NCBI GenBank assembly: GCA_004764695.1
Contig: SMSO01000032.1
Location: 3,380,483-3,444,482, forward strand
Reading direction: 5' to 3'
Length of the DNA: 64,000 nt
From: Schizochytrium sp. TIO01
Taxonomy: Eukaryota; Protista; Bigyra: Labyrinthulomycetes
In this document: one piece after another, positions 59,101 to 64,000 of the stretch
Layout of the letters: every line of letters starts with the position of its first letter
How positions within the stretch are numbered: the first letter of the stretch is position 1
Notes under the pieces: generated by a model
The model's database searches: none
Seen by the model: only the letters and a program-made list of their open reading frames with translations
What the model was told of the DNA's origin: nothing
Translations under genes and position numbers: made by a program

Positions 59101-62100
59101 GAATTGGTTCAAGGATAGGGTCAAGGCTTTCACCAACATTCTCTAGAAGAACTGGTAAACCAAAGGAAATTGCATTCTCCAAGTTGCGAACGAAATCAGA
59201 TTGTGTCTGCTTGACTACCTTGAGGCCTTCCTCAGCTTCCATGTTTCGTACCCATCGGTTGGCTTGGCCTTGTGGATCAATCATGAGTGGCCAACGATTG
59301 GATGCGTACAGCATGATCGCGTTATCAATAGAAAAACCATCATTGGGCAGCTTGGCAATGGTCCATGCACGAATCTTCACAGGCTCACCAAGAGTTTGGT
59401 TGAGAGAAAATGGAGTTGTGGACGGAATTGAGTTTTGTGCGAGCTGGCTACCCCACTCTTCTAAACAAGAGGAACGGTAAGATTGCGTGAAGACACCAAG
59501 GTATGCGATGACACCCGAAGATAGAAGGATATCACCAACTGCGTTCTCATACTGTACACCAAGATCAGCAACGAACTGCGTCCACCGAGTCTTTTCACCA
59601 CCGAGACCACCAATAAGACGAGACGCACGATCAAGTTTCGTAGCACAATCCTTTACCTGCTGCTCGAGGGCCTCCTTCTTGTCCATGGTATCTTGCAACT
59701 CAGCTTGTAGCTTCGCAAGGTTGTCAAGAACAGCTTGGAGCTCAGATTGCTTTTGGTGAAGCATTGTCATAGCTTCTGCTAGATCGGCATTTGCTTTAGC
59801 CAAAGCAGCACGCTTGGGAGCAACTACACGAGCGATACGTTCGTATACAACCATGGCGTGAACCCACTTACACAAACCAGCAGCTGCCACGGAGGACTTT
59901 TTGATCACATCGGGTTGGAAGTCGTCACGCTCGCAGAAAGGTTTGACTTTCTCAATGACCGCCTCCGAGATATTGTCCTTGTCATACTCGACAAGACGCT
60001 GCAAAAAGCGAGGATCATTGAGCAATTCTTTCTTTGCAGGCTCCCAGTAATCATCAACTTTACCTTTGCCACTTGGGTTCGGAATCTTTGCAGGTTTAAC
60101 ACCCATCATGATACAAACTGCTTCCATGGTAAGCTTGACACCTGCAGGCGGTGTTTTCAAAGACTTAACCTCTGTAATATCACCCTTACTGAGAGTTGAA
60201 AGAGCCTTCACGGCACCTTCCAAGGCAGGAATAGCTTCAGCTAGCATTTCCTCACATTCAGCTTTATCCTTTTCACAAGAAGCCGCCTGTTCCTTTGCCT
60301 GAGCCTCGTCTTTTTGCACAATCTTCTTCTGCTCGTCAGCTTCTTTCTGTTTTCCCTGCACCATCTGCAGCTTCGCGTTGGTCTCCTTTTGAGCAATCAC
60401 AAGCTTTGGTTGCAAAGCTTCAAGCTCTTGCCGCATCTCTGCGACCTGTTCCGCAGTTTCTTGCAGCTTTTGCAGACCATTAGCATAACGTGAGCGCTTT
60501 TCTGAGATTGCAGTACGTTGTCTCTCAATGAGTGTCTTGAATGTGTTGATAAGCTCAAGATATGATGTTGGGGTAACATAATAGTATCTACCCATCTCCT
60601 CCAGGAATCGCTCTGCCATTCGTGAAGTACGCTGCTGCATATCGACACAAACGTCAACAATACCCTTCTTCATTGCGTCACTGAGCGCGATACTACTTAA
60701 GAAGTGGTGCGCAACACTGACTAAGGCATCCTTTGGCCACTCTGTGAACCAATCAATGGCGCAGCAATTGACTAGAGATGGGAATCGACGGAGACGGTCA
60801 CGGAACGAGTCGCCAACGGGTGAAAATGCCAACACAACATGCAGATTTTGACGACAGCGCTTGACAAAGAACTGCATCACCTCAGCTTGAGTATTGAGTT
60901 CAAGACCCAACTTCTCTGAGATAGGTCGTACAGCTTCCACAATCTCAGTCTGGTCTTCCGTATTGAACAAGTTAGGCACTTCACCAGTGTTGAGAATATT
61001 ATTGATATCCTCAACAAAACCTTCGTTCACTACTTGTGTGTCAGCAAAGAGAAAGACAGTTGACTTTCCGCTCACACCAGCAAGTTTAAGCATTCGACGT
61101 AGATCGTCGTGCCATTCTGCCATACCATAAACCTTCGAGATTTCGATCTGGAAGAGAGTCTGCTCGTTTAATGAAACAGCTAAGGTGGTTAATGACTTAC
61201 GACCTGAACCACCCACACCTACCAAAAGAGCATTACCAAGAGGTTGACACAAAATACGGCTGATACGAGACACATGCTCGATAGCATTCATGAAAAGTAC
61301 AAGGTTCATTTTTTTGGAAGACATGTTGTTGTAATCAACAAGGTAACCTTCCATGACTTCCTTCAGCAAGGACATATCCTCAATCTCGTCGTACATACGA
61401 GATTCCACAAGTTGAGTGGGATCGATGAAATTGCCATAGATCAAAGGACGTCCTCGTGGGGCAATCTTCGTCCACTCGGCGTTGAAATTCTCCTGAACTT
61501 TTGTGTTCAATGCCTCGTCAAACCAGGTTCGGTCCTCTTCATTGATAAGTCGGTCCTTAAAGACACGCATACATTCATGGCCCCAAAGACGAATGAGCTG
61601 AGTAGACTCCTTGATCCTGTCCGGGGTTCCCATGCAAATTCCTTGAAAGACCTTACTTAAATCACGCAAGTTGAATGTGTAATGCGATTTTGCAGGGGTG
61701 GGCAACATGTCAACTTCGATCTGGTTGTAGAGGGAGATAGTAGCAGAGACAACATTTGTCACAATTGCCTTGATCTTTGGGCCAAAAGGCTTGGCAAACC
61801 ACTCCATAATCGATCCAAAAATTACAGAGAGTGAGTTCGCGTCAAAAGCAAGAAGGTTCAACATAGAATAGTGGCGTACGTAGCGTTGGGTGATCTGCGT
61901 ACGACCACCACCCGGAGGTCCCATAGCAGCGACAAACTGAATATCAATAAGCTTGCGAAAGGTAATCTCTTTTCGGTCAAACCAGCCTTGGTGGTCCATG
62001 TATTGACGTAAAATTTCAATAGGAGGCTGGGCACCGTAGACTTCCTTTGCTGGCATGTTAAGGTCATCCACCATAATAACCAAGCGTTGACCAATAGGAG

Positions 62101-64000
62101 GACCAAAAATACCCTTGCGACGCTTGTCGAGCTTGCCATCAATGATATCCTGCGTTTGATTAGCACTAGTTTGAGCACTAAAGTTGATAAACATGGGCTT
62201 GTAGACGGCTTGATTAACCTCCAGAAGCAAAACTTTCTTTAAACTCACAGTTTTTCCTGTACCTGTTGCACCAGTGACAAGCACAGACTGTCCATGCTCA
62301 ATAAGGCGTTGCATAATCCACTCGTTACGAGTAGTGTCTACTGTAGGAACCAGGATATCTTGATATTGTGTTTCCGAGCCCGGCATAAACCGTGGGGTAA
62401 TATCTTGCCATGGCGTCCAGTTACCCTTGTCGCAGAAGAAAACATAATCGAAAATACTACCCTGATCAAAGGGCATCGGGGTTCGTAACTCGCGAGGCTC
62501 GTCCATAGCATTTTTGTATGACGGGTTCTTAAGCACGAACTGGTCCCAAGCTGCCTGGCCCTCCATTGTGCCAGTAATGAGCCGCTTGAAGAAGTTGTCA
62601 AGGTTCTGATGACCACGCGCGTCAGTTACACCACCGACTGCCCAGATCAAAGCAAACAGGAAGGCACCTTCAACAACCCGTAGAGGGTCCTTTGGCGCTT
62701 CTTTATCCTTTGCTGTGAAAGGATCAAACAGTGTGCTGTACATAAGCCGAAGAACAGACGCACAAAGCTCGCTATCTGTTATTGGGGTTGGAATTGCGCA
62801 GGCATCACGGAGCTGAAATACTAATGGCTCAAAGTATGCATTGAATAGTGTCAAGATCTCTTCACCTGCTCCGCACTCTGACAAAAGCATGGGCAGTTTA
62901 TTGACCCAGGAGCGTACAAGAGGCCGCCATCCCAGACGTTTTTGCTCCAAGAAGACCATACCTACACGAGAAACTGTGGCTGGACTAGCCTCTTCAAGAT
63001 CTTCTGGCTCGAACATCATAGTCATTCGAGCCGACATTTTCACGATCTCACCACTTTGCAAACATAGCTTCTTGTTATCATCAAGGACAGTATTCATATC
63101 CTCAATCCATACGGCATCTACAGGGCCATCAAACATAATCCACTGGCGATCCTCACTTGTGTCTTTAGATGCATTTCTGTAGGTCACAGCAAGAATACCA
63201 TCAGTCCATTCGTGTGTGTTCTCGTCAAAGGAGCCGTACAGCTGTCCCTGGGTAATAGATTTGGGGTTCATTGTATAAATCTTTACAGCTCCCTCAAACT
63301 TCGGATCATCACGAATGCGAGTCATTGCTTTGGCCAAAGTATGGGTCACACGAGTTTTTCCTGAGAACGTTTCTCCGACAACCATGAGACCGTGACGGAC
63401 GCATACAGTCTCGTAGAGCTGAATAACTGCACGCAAGAATGGTTCGTCCAATTGAAGATTGTCTTCTTTGCAAACTTCTCCAATCGCTTGTAGTAGAGTA
63501 CGGTAGTCAGGAGTGGGGAGTTCAACACCTGGAAACAAATCGGAGGTAATACCCTTGAACAAAGGAATATCAGCCGTGTTGAACTTTGGCAAGTTAACAT
63601 CTGTGACAGCCGAAAGAACAATCATGGCTTCCGACCAGACATCACCGAGGTCTTGACGAAGCTTGCCGGCACGCACAAGAATCGAGAAGACAGCACGCAT
63701 ACCATAATCGTAGTGCTTTTGGGAACTCAACTGTTCTGAACACAGAATCAAGACTTGAGTAAGCTTCCGCGCCAAATTACGATTATCCTCAAAACCAAAT
63801 GAAAACAACTTAATCTCTGCAATCAGAGCATAATCTGGCACCATCATAGCACACGGACGAAAGAGAGCTTGCAAGTTATCAGGAAGCTCCTGACGACCAG
63901 CATAACCGGGGTTCATAGTAATGAAGGAGTTGGCATCAGGATTCAATGTTAGTGTGGAGCCTTCAAAGTCGAATCGCTTGGCTCGTGCACGTTTGGCCTT
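56174..64000 (-). CDS. Axonemal dynein heavy chain, probably single-headed inner-arm class; 5' part lies beyond the window
   Basis: Frame is open to base 64000. FITMNPGYAGRQELPDNL, HYDYGMRAV, P-loops GETFSGKT, GATGTGKT, GVGGSGRKS; stalk coiled coil; C-terminus WIKRGVAMLCALDD; no introns over 7.8 kb. Confidence 0.97.
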   Translation of the reverse strand, partial: KAKRARAKRFDFEGSTLTLNPDANSFITMNPGYAGRQELPDNLQALFRPCAMMVPDYALIAEIKLFSFGFEDNRNLARKLTQVLILCSEQLSSQKHYDYGMRAVFSILVRAGKLRQDLGDVWSEAMIVLSAVTDVNLPKFNTADIPLFKGITSDLFPGVELPTPDYRTLLQAIGEVCKEDNLQLDEPFLRAVIQLYETVCVRHGLMVVGETFSGKTRVTHTLAKAMTRIRDDPKFEGAVKIYTMNPKSITQGQLYGSFDENTHEWTDGILAVTYRNASKDTSEDRQWIMFDGPVDAVWIEDMNTVLDDNKKLCLQSGEIVKMSARMTMMFEPEDLEEASPATVSRVGMVFLEQKRLGWRPLVRSWVNKLPMLLSECGAGEEILTLFNAYFEPLVFQLRDACAIPTPITDSELCASVLRLMYSTLFDPFTAKDKEAPKDPLRVVEGAFLFALIWAVGGVTDARGHQNLDNFFKRLITGTMEGQAAWDQFVLKNPSYKNAMDEPRELRTPMPFDQGSIFDYVFFCDKGNWTPWQDITPRFMPGSETQYQDILVPTVDTTRNEWIMQRLIEHGQSVLVTGATGTGKTVSLKKVLLLEVNQAVYKPMFINFSAQTSANQTQDIIDGKLDKRRKGIFGPPIGQRLVIMVDDLNMPAKEVYGAQPPIEILRQYMDHQGWFDRKEITFRKLIDIQFVAAMGPPGGGRTQITQRYVRHYSMLNLLAFDANSLSVIFGSIMEWFAKPFGPKIKAIVTNVVSATISLYNQIEVDMLPTPAKSHYTFNLRDLSKVFQGICMGTPDRIKESTQLIRLWGHECMRVFKDRLINEEDRTWFDEALNTKVQENFNAEWTKIAPRGRPLIYGNFIDPTQLVESRMYDEIEDMSLLKEVMEGYLVDYNNMSSKKMNLVLFMNAIEHVSRISRILCQPLGNALLVGVGGSGRKSLTTLAVSLNEQTLFQIEISKVYGMAEWHDDLRRMLKLAGVSGKSTVFLFADTQVVNEGFVEDINNILNTGEVPNLFNTEDQTEIVEAVRPISEKLGLELNTQAEVMQFFVKRCRQNLHVVLAFSPVGDSFRDRLRRFPSLVNCCAIDWFTEWPKDALVSVAHHFLSSIALSDAMKKGIVDVCVDMQQRTSRMAERFLEEMGRYYYVTPTSYLELINTFKTLIERQRTAISEKRSRYANGLQKLQETAEQVAEMRQELEALQPKLVIAQKETNAKLQMVQGKQKEADEQKKIVQKDEAQAKEQAASCEKDKAECEEMLAEAIPALEGAVKALSTLSKGDITEVKSLKTPPAGVKLTMEAVCIMMGVKPAKIPNPSGKGKVDDYWEPAKKELLNDPRFLQRLVEYDKDNISEAVIEKVKPFCERDDFQPDVIKKSSVAAAGLCKWVHAMVVYERIARVVAPKRAALAKANADLAEAMTMLHQKQSELQAVLDNLAKLQAELQDTMDKKEALEQQVKDCATKLDRASRLIGGLGGEKTRWTQFVADLGVQYENAVGDILLSSGVIAYLGVFTQSYRSSCLEEWGSQLAQNSIPSTTPFSLNQTLGEPVKIRAWTIAKLPNDGFSIDNAIMLYASNRWPLMIDPQGQANRWVRNMEAEEGLKVVKQTQSDFVRNLENAISFGLPVLLENVGESLDPILEPILTKQIINKGGAKTMQLGDNIVEYDERFRLYMTTKLRNPHYSPETVVKVTLINFVANEEGLKDQMLGITVRRETPELEAQREQLVVEDAANKKILKELEDKILELLAKAEGNILDDEVLINTLSESKATSDQIMKQVAIAEKTAVKINNTRAGYVPVARVSSNLFFCVADLAGVDPMYQFSLDWYANLYNLAIDRAAKGSNLNDRLKALTDTFAEILYDNVCRSLFEKDKLLFSFLLCIKMLQLRDEMDPGELRFFLTGSTAVDLSRPNPDSEGRFLSDKCWADLLALHDIPGGVYPHFHEEVEKELNFWEDVSNAQDPLKLIREKYKERYSPFQQLLLLRCIRLDKVIPALMEFIMAKIGQKFIEPPPFDLGAGYRDSSCTTPLLFVLTPGADAMTELIRVAEELGMDNKLASVSMGQGQGPIAERTISEAIDKGGWVALENLHVMPSWFEMLEKIVEDLHPDVVHEDFRLWLTALPCKEFPVSVLQNGIKMTLEPPKGLRANLKGSYAALDRDWFDSCLKPEAFHKICFGIAFLHALVRERCKFGPLGWNIPYEFSASDQRISLDQLHLFLNEYEQIPWAMLHYLTSSCNYGGRVTDDKDRRCLDTIVADFYRPPILDDKHRFSPSGIYFAPPEGGMDSYIEYINKLPFTELPEVFGLHENAEITTAITSTNALMVAALELQPRTSGGEGMSWAEQLMELASDIEKRIPDLFDLEVAAVRFPVLYEESMNSTLRQELERFNNLLGVVKRSLKDVQLAICGLVVMSSELEAMGNSMTNMLVPEMWARAAYPSLKPLSSWVNDLLDRLEFFNKWMTDGTPPVVVISYLFWIPGFTTGVRQNFARKHKIAIDLIKYTNQILPRDLDCSKRLDDGHYITGLHLQGAGWEDEGCVLVDSRPKELFVAMPCIKLLPTEVTKIKPTDAYECPVYKTSARRGVLATTGHSSNFVMFLNLPVRDQPAPFWIKRGVAMLCALDD

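Overview
Eukaryotic nuclear DNA with short GT-AG introns and a recurring AAG-ATG start context. An axonemal dynein, an SLC34 transporter and microsatellite-rich intergenic DNA fit a flagellated protist, probably a stramenopile such as a thraustochytrid (inference only). The first ~13 kb is a gene desert of GC-rich islands, AT-rich linkers and many different microsatellites. It is followed by: SLC34 Na+/Pi cotransporter; three tandem BCS1-like AAA+ ATPase paralogs; a 3-exon gene fusing a selenocysteine lyase/cysteine desulfurase to an AlaX tRNA-editing domain; KRI1; PFK-2/FBPase-2; a decayed kinase-like pseudogene; a DUF924-TilS fusion with no evident targeting peptide; LSm7; RPL23A (uL23), whose intron holds a candidate C/D-box snoRNA; a complex I NUUM-like micro-gene absent from the ORF track; mitochondrial uL1; a C2/coiled-coil protein; triosephosphate isomerase; and the C-terminal ~2600 codons of an inner-arm dynein heavy chain. 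The best candidate for an undescribed system is the lyase-AlaX fusion, which could couple tRNA proofreading to Sec/Cys breakdown. Next are the DUF924-TilS fusion and the AAA+ triplet. All family calls come from motif recognition by eye, not database searches.
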